Assembly (NCBI GenBank): GCA_965261395.1
Contig: OZ253462.1
Location: forward strand, 2,496,001 to 2,560,000
DNA from: Candidatus Latescibacterota bacterium
GTDB taxonomy: Bacteria > Latescibacterota > UBA2968 > UBA8231
Direction: 5' to 3'
Length of the DNA: 64,000 nt
Part shown: positions 19,384 through 28,374 of the stretch, one piece after another
How the letters are laid out: each line of letters starts with the position of its first letter
Numbering within the stretch: position 1 is the stretch's first letter
Translations under genes and position numbers: made by a program
Notes under the pieces: model-generated
Databases searched by the model: none
What the model saw: the letters and a program-made list of their open reading frames with translations, nothing else
Told to the model about the DNA's origin: nothing

Positions 19384-19548
19384 GTCCGAAAAGATCCCGG
19401 AGAGATCGATGCCTTTGCCGGTGCTTTCCAACACTATGGGATGGAGTAGGCCCTTGCTTTGGTATAGCCGAAATCCTGCGAATTACGCGCAGCGTTGGTT
19501 GCGCCGCAAATTTCGTATACTGTTCGTATACTGATTAAATAGAAGCTG

Positions 19549-22500
19549 ATGATCGAAAGAACATTCCAGAATATCCCTGAGGGCAAACTCAGCGAGGCAG
19601 ATCAGCAGTCGTTCTTGGTCAGCCTAGGTTGGTCGAGAGGGACGACATGGGAAGACCTGCTGCGCTCGAGGCGTGTGCTGATGATCTCAGAGGCTGGCGC
19701 GGGTAAGACGTATGAATGCCGTGAACAAGCGCAGCGTCTGTGGGATGCCGGGGAACCCGCGTTCTTCGTTGAATTGGCGGGATTGGCGGCGGAGGATCTC
19801 CGAAGCCTGCTAGACCACGACGAGGAAGCGCGGCTGGACGCCTGGCTTTCCTCGCAATCCGACGTCGCGACGTTTTTCCTAGACTCGATTGACGAGCTCA
19901 AACTGACCCTCGGTTCGTTCGAGCTGGCTCTCAAACGCTTGAAAAGGGCGATTGGCAGCAAGCTCCGACAGTCCCGGATTGTCATAACGACGCGGCCGAT
20001 CCCATTCGACGAACAGCTTGTGCGTCGTCTGCTGCCCATTCCTCCGGTACCTTCGACGGAGCCGAGTGAAGAAACCTTCGCGAAGATCGCAATGCGCGAT
20101 CACCAGAGCCACCAAGTCGGGGACAAGGACGATTCCGCCGCTCCCGATTGGCGAACGGTCGCGCTTATGCCCCTATCGGACGCACAGATTCTGGAATTCG
20201 CGAGGATTCAAGGTGTCGAGGATCCTGCGGTGTTGCTGGAGGACTTGGAGAGACGGAACGCGCAGGAATTCGCGCGGCGCCCGCAGGACCTGATCGAGCT
20301 ATGCGTGGATTGGCGGGAACACAAGCGTATCCGAACTCATCGCGATCAAGTGGCGGCAAATGTGCGTGTGAAGCTGCAGCCGAGGGACGACAGGCCCGAA
20401 CCCGCCGAACTGTCCGTCGACAAGGCCATTGAGGGGGCGAGCCGATTGGCGCTCGCCATGATGGTCACGCGCCGTATGACAATTCGGCACAGCGCCGCGT
20501 CAGATATCATTGAGGATGAAGCTGCTCTCGATCCGGCGATCATACTTTCGGACTGGAACCCAAATGAGCGAAAAGCTCTACTTGAACGGCCGCTCTTCGG
20601 TTTTGCCTCCTATGGTCGCGTGCGTTTTCACCATCGTTCCGTCGTTGAATATCTGGCGGCAGAACGTCTTCGGGCACTCCGCGATCGGGGCATGCCGTTT
20701 CGCGCGCTCAAGCGGCTGCTCTTCGCGCAAACTAAGGGCAAGACGATTGTCCGTCCATCAAAACGATCGATCGCTGGTTGGTTGGCGCTCGCAGAGGATG
20801 GAATATTCGAGATGCTGCGGGACAACGAGCCTGCGGTACTTTTTGATGAAGGTGACCCGGAGGCTCTCTCCCAAAAGCAGCCCAATCAAGCACTGCGTGC
20901 TTATGTGGAGCGCTATGGTCAGGGTGGATGGCGTGGACTGAGCGTTCCACACATCCAGGTTCATCGTTTCGCGTCGTCCGAACTGGCAGACGACGTCATC
21001 CAGCTTTGGGGAATGGGTATCGAAAACCCCGATGTTCGGCGGACACTCCTCTATCTCATTGAGGCGGGACGCATCGGTGATTGCGCTGACATCGCGCACG
21101 GAGTTGCGCTTGACGTTCAAGCGTCCGCGGTAGAGCGGCTGATTGCTGTCGATGCGATGGTGGCGATTAGGGATCCAAGGCTTAAGGACATTGCGTCCGA
21201 AGTGGCGGCTGCTGATGCTCTGTGGCCGGACAAAATTGCGGGGGGCCTCGTGCTGCGACTGTTTCCCCGAGATCTCTCAATCGAGCGGCTTTGTCAGACG
21301 CTGAGCTGGATGAAGGAAGGGAAGCGTAGTGTGGGCGACCTGAGTTGGCACCTGCCCTGTCTGATCGCCGATGCAGAACTTGACCCGCCGGGCCTCGAGG
21401 CGCTTCGCGACGGAGTGGTCGAGTTGCTTTCTGCCGGGCTCCGCTGGTGCAAGGAATGGCCTCACATTGTCTGCGACCGACCCCATCTGAGCGGCGCATT
21501 GGCCGCGACCTGCGTGCGCGGACTCGACGGGAGCAAGAACGATTGCTGGCTGCATGCGAGCGTTCTTGCGCTTCGTCTCCATAATCGCGAATACAGCAAT
21601 GACGAAGCGTACAAGGCGCTTCACGAGCGACTGAGGAATCTGTCTGCTGATGAGAATGCGCGTCTCTTTTGGGCGGAAGACTCCTTGGTTCAATCACTCC
21701 ACACCATCGCGGATCCTTGGAAGCGCTTCGCGGAAGTCACATCGCATGACAGGCCTGTCATGCTTCGTCCAGAGCGGGATCTGGACTGGATCAAGGAAGC
21801 CCTCGGCGACACGGCGCGCTCCGAAAACGACCGGGCCATGCTATTGGAGGCGGCGATGCGTCTAGTTCCACACCGCGAACAGCGGCAGGATCATGTGTCG
21901 GGACTGAAGCCGCTGGTTGCCGATCAGCCAAGTCTACTTGCAGCAATCGATGAGCGCCTGAAGCCATCGAAGTACGACCAGGAGGAGAAGCGCTGGGAGA
22001 AAGAGCAGGCTCACCGGAAGAAGCAAGAAGAGCGGCGAGACGCGAAGAATAGAGCTAGCTGGATACAGTTTTGGCGAGACGTGGCTGAGCGCCCCGAGAG
22101 CGCTTTCTCCTCCGAACGTAGCTGGACCACAGCGCGGAATCTTTGGCAGGCAATGAGCCACGACGGCGAAGATAGCCGTGAATCAGGGTGGAATCGACGC
22201 TTTATCAAAGAGCAGTTTGGAAAAGAGACCGCGGACCGGTTGCGGCGCATTCTGATGAATATCTGGCGCGAAGACCATCCCACCCTACCAAGCGAAAGAC
22301 CGGAAGACGAGCGCAGCACCTATCTCGTCCGTTGGCAGCTCGGGCTCGCCGCGCTTTATGCGGAGGCCGAAGATCCTTCATGGGCCACCAAACTAACTGA
22401 AGAAGAAACGAAGCTCGCGGTGCGATTCGCCCCCATCCAACTCAATGGACTGCCCAATTGGATGGAAAGTCTCGTCGATGTCCATCCAGACGCGGTGGAT

Positions 22501-23871
22501 GCAATACTTGGTAACGAGTTGAGCTGGGAACTGAAAAGGGACCCGCGCGTACACGACCATTCGATGTTATTGCAGGACATTGGTTACGCGCCTGAGCCGG
22601 TCGCTAAATTGTTTCTCCCTCGACTCCGCGAATGGTTGGACGGGGACGGAGATGTTGTCGATGGTGCGGGCGACCTCTTTGGGGCCACCAAGCGGCTTCG
22701 GCAGGTGATCGGCGTGATGCTGAAGCATGGCGACGAAGATACGCACGCGCACGTGCTCGCTGTCGCGCGTGAGCGGCTCCAGGATGAACTTCCGGAAGAA
22801 CTTGCTTTTGTGTGGTTGCCGACGCTTATGCGCGTCGACCCCGAACTCGGTGCATCCGCGCTTGAGGATCGGATCCGAACGGTCGAGCCGGGAGAGCTTA
22901 GCGAAGCGGTCAAATGGTTCAGTGTTCTTTTCGGAGAGCGTCATGATGCGATTAATCTGAAGACTCCTGCATTCACGCCGCAACTGCTCCTGCGACTGCT
23001 CCGTCTCGCGTATAGCCATGTTCGGTCCGTTGACGATGCCGAGCACGAGGGTTCCTATTCGCCGGACACCCGCGATCACGCCGAACGCGCACGAAACGGG
23101 ATTGTGAACGCTCTGTTCGAGGCGAAAGGTGAAGAGGGCTGGGCAGCGAAGCTGGAAATGGCTAATGATCCTCTTTGCGCACAATTCAAGGACCACATTA
23201 TCGCGGTTGCCGAGGAGCATTGGGCACAGGAGATCGATTCAGTCGCGTTCGACGAAACACAGGCCATTGCGCTCGACAAAACAGGCGAAGCACCTGCTTC
23301 AACAAACGAAGCGATGTTCGCCATTATGAGCGATCGTCTGCTTGACCTTAATGAACTCTTGCGAAGCGACGTGTCGCCTAGGGATGCCTGGGCGGGGATC
23401 ACCGACGAGAAGGTCATGCGCCGCGAGATCGCGAGGGAGCTGCGCCATGCAGCAAAGGGCCTTTACAAGGTGGACCAGGAGGCCGTTACGGCGGACGAAA
23501 AGGAAACGGATATTCGTCTGCGTTCTGTCGTGTCGGAGCACGAAGCGGTCATCGAACTCAAGATCGCTGACCGCCGGTCAGCCCGCGACTTGCGCGACAC
23601 TATCTATGATCAACTGGTCACGAAATATATGGCGGCCGATAACAGCAGGTCAGGGTGCCTGTTGGTAACACTGGCGAAAGGTCGAAACTGGAAACACCCG
23701 GACAACGGGACGCGCATCGGTCTACCAGAGTTGATGTCGCTCCTCTGTGATGAAGCCAAACGCGTGGGGGATATGATGGGTGGTGTGGTAGCACTAAAGG
23801 TTCACCTCCTTGATCTGCGTCCCCGATTGCCTGTTGAGAAGACGGCAAAGAAGAACAATAGTGCGCTCTAG
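19549..23871 (+). CDS. STAND/NACHT-like NTPase with C-terminal PD-(D/E)xK-like nuclease (candidate anti-phage protein)
   Basis: SEAGAGKT (Walker A), FFLDSIDE (Walker B), IVITTRP (sensor), RFHHRSVVEYLAA (winged helix); C-terminal DQE..ETDIRL..VIELK. Confidence 0.75.
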   Translation: MIERTFQNIPEGKLSEADQQSFLVSLGWSRGTTWEDLLRSRRVLMISEAGAGKTYECREQAQRLWDAGEPAFFVELAGLAAEDLRSLLDHDEEARLDAWLSSQSDVATFFLDSIDELKLTLGSFELALKRLKRAIGSKLRQSRIVITTRPIPFDEQLVRRLLPIPPVPSTEPSEETFAKIAMRDHQSHQVGDKDDSAAPDWRTVALMPLSDAQILEFARIQGVEDPAVLLEDLERRNAQEFARRPQDLIELCVDWREHKRIRTHRDQVAANVRVKLQPRDDRPEPAELSVDKAIEGASRLALAMMVTRRMTIRHSAASDIIEDEAALDPAIILSDWNPNERKALLERPLFGFASYGRVRFHHRSVVEYLAAERLRALRDRGMPFRALKRLLFAQTKGKTIVRPSKRSIAGWLALAEDGIFEMLRDNEPAVLFDEGDPEALSQKQPNQALRAYVERYGQGGWRGLSVPHIQVHRFASSELADDVIQLWGMGIENPDVRRTLLYLIEAGRIGDCADIAHGVALDVQASAVERLIAVDAMVAIRDPRLKDIASEVAAADALWPDKIAGGLVLRLFPRDLSIERLCQTLSWMKEGKRSVGDLSWHLPCLIADAELDPPGLEALRDGVVELLSAGLRWCKEWPHIVCDRPHLSGALAATCVRGLDGSKNDCWLHASVLALRLHNREYSNDEAYKALHERLRNLSADENARLFWAEDSLVQSLHTIADPWKRFAEVTSHDRPVMLRPERDLDWIKEALGDTARSENDRAMLLEAAMRLVPHREQRQDHVSGLKPLVADQPSLLAAIDERLKPSKYDQEEKRWEKEQAHRKKQEERRDAKNRASWIQFWRDVAERPESAFSSERSWTTARNLWQAMSHDGEDSRESGWNRRFIKEQFGKETADRLRRILMNIWREDHPTLPSERPEDERSTYLVRWQLGLAALYAEAEDPSWATKLTEEETKLAVRFAPIQLNGLPNWMESLVDVHPDAVDAILGNELSWELKRDPRVHDHSMLLQDIGYAPEPVAKLFLPRLREWLDGDGDVVDGAGDLFGATKRLRQVIGVMLKHGDEDTHAHVLAVARERLQDELPEELAFVWLPTLMRVDPELGASALEDRIRTVEPGELSEAVKWFSVLFGERHDAINLKTPAFTPQLLLRLLRLAYSHVRSVDDAEHEGSYSPDTRDHAERARNGIVNALFEAKGEEGWAAKLEMANDPLCAQFKDHIIAVAEEHWAQEIDSVAFDETQAIALDKTGEAPASTNEAMFAIMSDRLLDLNELLRSDVSPRDAWAGITDEKVMRREIARELRHAAKGLYKVDQEAVTADEKETDIRLRSVVSEHEAVIELKIADRRSARDLRDTIYDQLVTKYMAADNSRSGCLLVTLAKGRNWKHPDNGTRIGLPELMSLLCDEAKRVGDMMGGVVALKVHLLDLRPRLPVEKTAKKNNSAL

Positions 23872-23950
23872 ACTGGGCTTGCATTCAGAAGATAGCGTTC
23901 AATACGCCCGTTCCGCAGAAGATGGTGCATTGCGAAGGGCAGGAGCGTGC

Positions 23951-25051
23951 GTGTCCCGCTGGCGTCGATACGTGCGCAGGCGACTGCCGGCTGTGCTGCT
24001 GCTTGGGCTGCTGGCGGGATGCGATCAGGCCGGAGATCCGGTGGAGCCCGTTGCCGACGCGATCGCCATAGAGGCCAAACTCGACGACCTCTTCGCGCCT
24101 CCGACCGCGACCGAGGTGGAGGCCGTCCGCGCCGACTGGGCCCGGCGCGACATTTCCGCGGCCGAGGCGACCATCGAACTCACCGAGTCGTATCCGCTAA
24201 ACGAGACCCCGGCAACCCTGCGCATCGTGTCCCACAGGGTGGGGGAGGTACTCCACTACGGAGCGATCCTCGCCCCCGACTCCGCGGCTATAGGCAGCTT
24301 GCCCATCCTGATGTACCTACACGGGGGCGACAGTGGCGTCGAGGTGGATGACATCGGCCTCGTGCTCTACGCCCTCGGCGAACTGCGCGACAATTTCGTC
24401 TACGTGATCCCGTCCTTTCGCAGCGAACCGCTCGAGTACGAGGACCGGAAGTGGGTCTCGACGGGTCCCGGCGGTCACTGGGACTACGACGTGGACGACG
24501 CCCTGGCGCTCCTCAACGTTGCATTGGAGTTGACGCCGCAGGCGAGGATCGAAGGCCTGAGTATCGTCGGCGGCAGCCGAGGAGCAGGCGTCGCCCTGCT
24601 GGCCGGGATCCGCGACGAGCGCATCGAGAACATTGTGGCCTTCTTCGGGCCCACCGACTTTTTCGACGACTGGGTCCGGGAGATTGCGCGGGAGGCGGCC
24701 ATGGGCTTTTCGCGCGACCTGCCCGGGGTCGCCCACATCGATTCCACCTTCATCCAGCCCTACATGAGAGGTGAAGTCGATCTCGCAGAAGTTCGCCTCG
24801 AGCTGGTGCGCCGCTCCTCGGTCCTATTCGCCGAGGACCTGCCCGCGGTCCAGCTCCACCACGGCGACAGTGACGGAACCGTTTCCGTCAGCCAGGCCCA
24901 TTCCCTGATCCGGACCATGAAAGCGCTGGGACGTGAGCCCCCCGAATTCGAGGCGTTCATCTACGAGGGAGGCGGACACGAGGTCTTCGCGCTGGGAGGT
25001 GCCATCCCGCGCGCGGTGGATTTCCTGCGGCGGGCTCTGGGAGGGGGATGA
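23951..25051 (+). CDS. Alpha/beta hydrolase (S9 peptidase-like) lipoprotein
   Basis: GTG start after AGGAG; lipobox LLAGC; YLHGG; GGSRG; HHGDSDGTV; GGGH. Confidence 0.85.
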   Translation: MSRWRRYVRRRLPAVLLLGLLAGCDQAGDPVEPVADAIAIEAKLDDLFAPPTATEVEAVRADWARRDISAAEATIELTESYPLNETPATLRIVSHRVGEVLHYGAILAPDSAAIGSLPILMYLHGGDSGVEVDDIGLVLYALGELRDNFVYVIPSFRSEPLEYEDRKWVSTGPGGHWDYDVDDALALLNVALELTPQARIEGLSIVGGSRGAGVALLAGIRDERIENIVAFFGPTDFFDDWVREIAREAAMGFSRDLPGVAHIDSTFIQPYMRGEVDLAEVRLELVRRSSVLFAEDLPAVQLHHGDSDGTVSVSQAHSLIRTMKALGREPPEFEAFIYEGGGHEVFALGGAIPRAVDFLRRALGGG

Positions 25052-25213
25052 GTCCGGGCGGCAGGACTACAGTGCCATCCGGCTGTTTTGGTCTTCCCCG
25101 GTTGGGAGATCAAACAGAACACAGCCGCTTGAGCGAAAGTCAGTTCCCACTAATCCCCGCCTTATCACTCCACAAGCGCAGAATCCAAAAGTAATCACTA
25201 CCGAAAACCCTCC

Positions 25214-27109
25214 TCAATACGCCACGTTGACTAGGCCGCTGTGGCGCGTGGTGCCGACATCGGCTGCGACTTGGAGATGATAGAGGTACATCCCCGGTGA
25301 GACCAGTCTGCCCCAATCGTCGCGCCCATCCCAAACTTGGGCAAAGCGTCCGCTCTGGTCCTCGCCGGCATATCCCCGACGCACCAAACCACCTCCCAAA
25401 TCATAGATGCGAAAGAAGACCGACGCTGGCCGCGTCAGCTTGAGCAAGCTATAGGAGACTGCAAACAGGTCGTTGACCCCGTCGCCGTTGGGCGTCAGCA
25501 CCCGCTGGGCTGGCGTTACATCGGCGACGAGAGCAGCGTTCGGTGCGGAGAGGCGCACCGTCAGTCCCACGCCCGGTAATGCGGGATCTACATCCGCTTC
25601 GCGTGCGTACTGGAACATCTCGTAGGGTGCCCCATCCGCGATGTGTCGCTGCTCTACTGCGCGCACCTCAAAACGCGTGCCATCGACAAAGACTTTGCCG
25701 CGAAAGAAAATATGTACGAGGCTGCCGTCCTTTAGTACCCGCCGCCAGAGGTTTACGGCAAATCCGCGCCCAGGGTCCAAGCGCAGGGTATGCAGTGCGT
25801 GTTCGTCATCGACCTTGACGCTGTCAATGCCCTCGATCTGCGCTGCGGTCAGTACCTCGACCAAGCGGAAACCAGTGTCCGACCGCTCCGCGAGGCGGTG
25901 CGTCTGCACGATCGCCACAAAGGCCGTTTCTTCCCCGGCATCGACTAGCGGCGGGCTGATTTCGGCGTAGATCTCGCCGGCGACCGGCGGCGAAGAGTAC
26001 TCGAAAACGAGTCGCTCTAACTTGACGCCCGGCTGCAAAAAGCGCACTTGGAACTGCAAGAAGCGGTTTGGGCTTGGCGAGCGCACCACCCCACCAGTGA
26101 CCGTCTCCCAGCCGCTCCAGTCGGGATTGGCCACGACCGGCCCTTGGGCAATGCCTGGGAATTCGGGGGCATTTTCCCAGACGGCTCGATTGACCCGGAT
26201 CTCGTCTGGTCCTTGGGTGATGAAGTAATGTAGGGGCTCGTCATCCGGGCCGGTGCGCGTCTGCAGGATAATGGGCAATTCCTCCAGCGGCGCACCCCCC
26301 TCGTGGCGCAGCCGTCCCCACACCGGCGTTCCGCTGCTGGCCAAAAGCGGGACCGAGCGAAAAAACCCCGGCAACGTCGTGCCATCGGTGTAAAGCTCTA
26401 GCTCGGCCAACTCCCAGGGCGCGTCGCCTAGGGGCAGGAAGCGCACGTAGCGCGCTTGGCGCTGGCCGCTGACCGAGAGGATGCCCGGCCACTCGATAAT
26501 CGCGCGAATATTAGGCCGGGTAGGGCCAAAGAAAACATAGCGTTGGAAGTTGACCTTGCCGCCGGAATCATCTTGGGTGGGATCGGCGCTAGAAGTCAAC
26601 AGGCGATTCAGTGAGTCCACCGGCTGTAGGTAGTCGCTCAGCCCCAAGTCAAAAGTCTGCGGAAAGTTCCCGATGTGTTCGGCGTCGAGGCGCGGGAACG
26701 CTCTGGTCCGCACGATGGTATAGACCCCGCCCAAGTCGATATAGATCGGCGCTTGGCGGCTCAACCCAAACTCATCGGGGTCAAAAGCCGTCCCCGGGTC
26801 GCCATCGGCAATTGCTTGTACCGCGGTTAGATCGCGGCGGAACACGGCAATCGTTTCCTGCAAAGAACCTAGGGTAGGCTCCGTGACCGAGACCAAAATC
26901 TGCCCGCCCCGCGCAAGGGCGTTGGCCATCAGATTCTCGCCTGGTGTCACCGCCCACGTCCACAGCGAATCAGGGGCTCCGTTGACGAAGGCCACAGAGT
27001 CTTGGATGGCTAGGTAAGAGTGCCCCTCTCGGCCCACCACCAGTTCCCACTGCGGCCAAGCCGGACCGGCGCTTAACGCAACCACCCATATGCAGAGGTG
27101 CAACCACAT
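25214..27109 (-). CDS. Secreted discoidin-like protein with FlgD/CHU_C-type tail (631 aa)
   Basis: Signal peptide; YIDLGG..ARYVRF..ELELY; LTPNGDGVND..IYDLGG..WDGRDDWGRLVSPGMY..VAY. Confidence 0.8.
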   Translation of the reverse strand: MWLHLCIWVVALSAGPAWPQWELVVGREGHSYLAIQDSVAFVNGAPDSLWTWAVTPGENLMANALARGGQILVSVTEPTLGSLQETIAVFRRDLTAVQAIADGDPGTAFDPDEFGLSRQAPIYIDLGGVYTIVRTRAFPRLDAEHIGNFPQTFDLGLSDYLQPVDSLNRLLTSSADPTQDDSGGKVNFQRYVFFGPTRPNIRAIIEWPGILSVSGQRQARYVRFLPLGDAPWELAELELYTDGTTLPGFFRSVPLLASSGTPVWGRLRHEGGAPLEELPIILQTRTGPDDEPLHYFITQGPDEIRVNRAVWENAPEFPGIAQGPVVANPDWSGWETVTGGVVRSPSPNRFLQFQVRFLQPGVKLERLVFEYSSPPVAGEIYAEISPPLVDAGEETAFVAIVQTHRLAERSDTGFRLVEVLTAAQIEGIDSVKVDDEHALHTLRLDPGRGFAVNLWRRVLKDGSLVHIFFRGKVFVDGTRFEVRAVEQRHIADGAPYEMFQYAREADVDPALPGVGLTVRLSAPNAALVADVTPAQRVLTPNGDGVNDLFAVSYSLLKLTRPASVFFRIYDLGGGLVRRGYAGEDQSGRFAQVWDGRDDWGRLVSPGMYLYHLQVAADVGTTRHSGLVNVAY

Positions 27110-28374
27110 CAGAAGGTGATCCTGTTTTTGATGGTAGGGATTAGGTCGAGGCTAGCCGCGCTGAGCGGATTGCCGCGCAGGTCGGCCGAGAGCAGCTTCT
27201 CCAGTGTTAGCAATACAGCGATATCCACCACTTGATTGTCCGGCAGGTGCAGACGTCTGAGTTCGGGGAGGCCGGCCAGCGGCGACAGGTCCTCGACTGC
27301 ATTGTCCGCGAGATATAGTATCTCCAGCCGGCGGAGATCCGCCAGCGGCGACAGGTCTTGTATTTGGTTTATCTCGAGCCACAATTCGCGGAGGTTGACC
27401 AAGCCGACCAGTGGCGCAATATCCACAATGGCGTTGTTGTTGAGGTTGAGTTTCTCCAGGCTTGTCAGTTGGGATAGGGCGCTAATATCCTCGATATTGG
27501 CCGTCGTCAATTGGAGTATCTCCAGCCGGCGGAGATCCGCCAGCGGCAACAGGCTCTCCAACTCGCCCTCGCTGGTAGAGCCGCTAAAGCTCAGGCTTTC
27601 TAAGTTGGTTAGCTGCTCAATGCCCTCCAGCGACTTGACCGAGCTGTTGAGCCTCAGACGGGTGATTACGCGCAAATCCGCCTCCGTCAATTCCTCGGTT
27701 GGCTTCCTGACCGCACTGTGCACTGTCTGCTCTAGTTGGGCGTCCTCGAAAGATATCCCCGGTAGGAAAAAGGTCACCTCCATCCCTCGCCCGCGCAGGG
27801 CTTCCACTTGGTCTAGGTCGAGCGGGTTGCCCGACAGCTCGACGCTGCGCAAGCGCCGGAGCTGCGAAAGCACCGAAACATCGCGAACTTGGTTGCCGTC
27901 GAGGTTGAGCAGGTCTAACCGCGTCAGCCGCGCCAGCGGCGCAAGGTCTTCCACTTGGTTGCCGTCGAGATTCAAGGCCTTTAGCAGGAGGAGGTTGGCT
28001 AGCGGCGCGAGGTCGGCGATTTGGTTGTTAGACAGGTCGAGCACTTGTAGTCGGGTCAATCCGGCGAGCGGGCCAATATCCACTACGGCATTATCGCCCA
28101 GCATCAGCGTATCCAGGCCCCTCAGCCGCTCAATCCCCTCGATATTAGCGATCTCATAGCCGCCCGCATCCAGGGTTTGCAGTCCAGATAACTCCTCGCT
28201 TGCCAAGCCTCCTTGCGGTTGTCGCAGCGCCTGCCGCACCGCTCGTTCCAACCTCGCGTCCGCGAAGATGCTATGGTCAAAGATCGGCTCTTCATCTGAG
28301 ATTGGGGGTTGGAAGGGCGGGCGCTCGCTGCTGCAACCCAGCCACAAAAGCGCTGTCCAGAGTACGCATCTCAT
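27109..28374 (-). CDS. Internalin-like leucine-rich-repeat lipoprotein
   Basis: Lipobox WLGC; 22-aa LxxLxLxxNxIxDLxPL repeats in two modules, each with an FxDxxLE cap and an LxGNPL end. Confidence 0.9.
   Translation of the reverse strand: MRCVLWTALLWLGCSSERPPFQPPISDEEPIFDHSIFADARLERAVRQALRQPQGGLASEELSGLQTLDAGGYEIANIEGIERLRGLDTLMLGDNAVVDIGPLAGLTRLQVLDLSNNQIADLAPLANLLLLKALNLDGNQVEDLAPLARLTRLDLLNLDGNQVRDVSVLSQLRRLRSVELSGNPLDLDQVEALRGRGMEVTFFLPGISFEDAQLEQTVHSAVRKPTEELTEADLRVITRLRLNSSVKSLEGIEQLTNLESLSFSGSTSEGELESLLPLADLRRLEILQLTTANIEDISALSQLTSLEKLNLNNNAIVDIAPLVGLVNLRELWLEINQIQDLSPLADLRRLEILYLADNAVEDLSPLAGLPELRRLHLPDNQVVDIAVLLTLEKLLSADLRGNPLSAASLDLIPTIKNRITF
27317..27547. repeat. Identical 33-bp direct repeat within the LRR gene
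   Basis: AGTATCTCCAGCCGGCGGAGATCCGCCAGCGGC at 27317-27349 and 27515-27547, 198 bp (three LRR units) apart. Confidence 0.9.
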
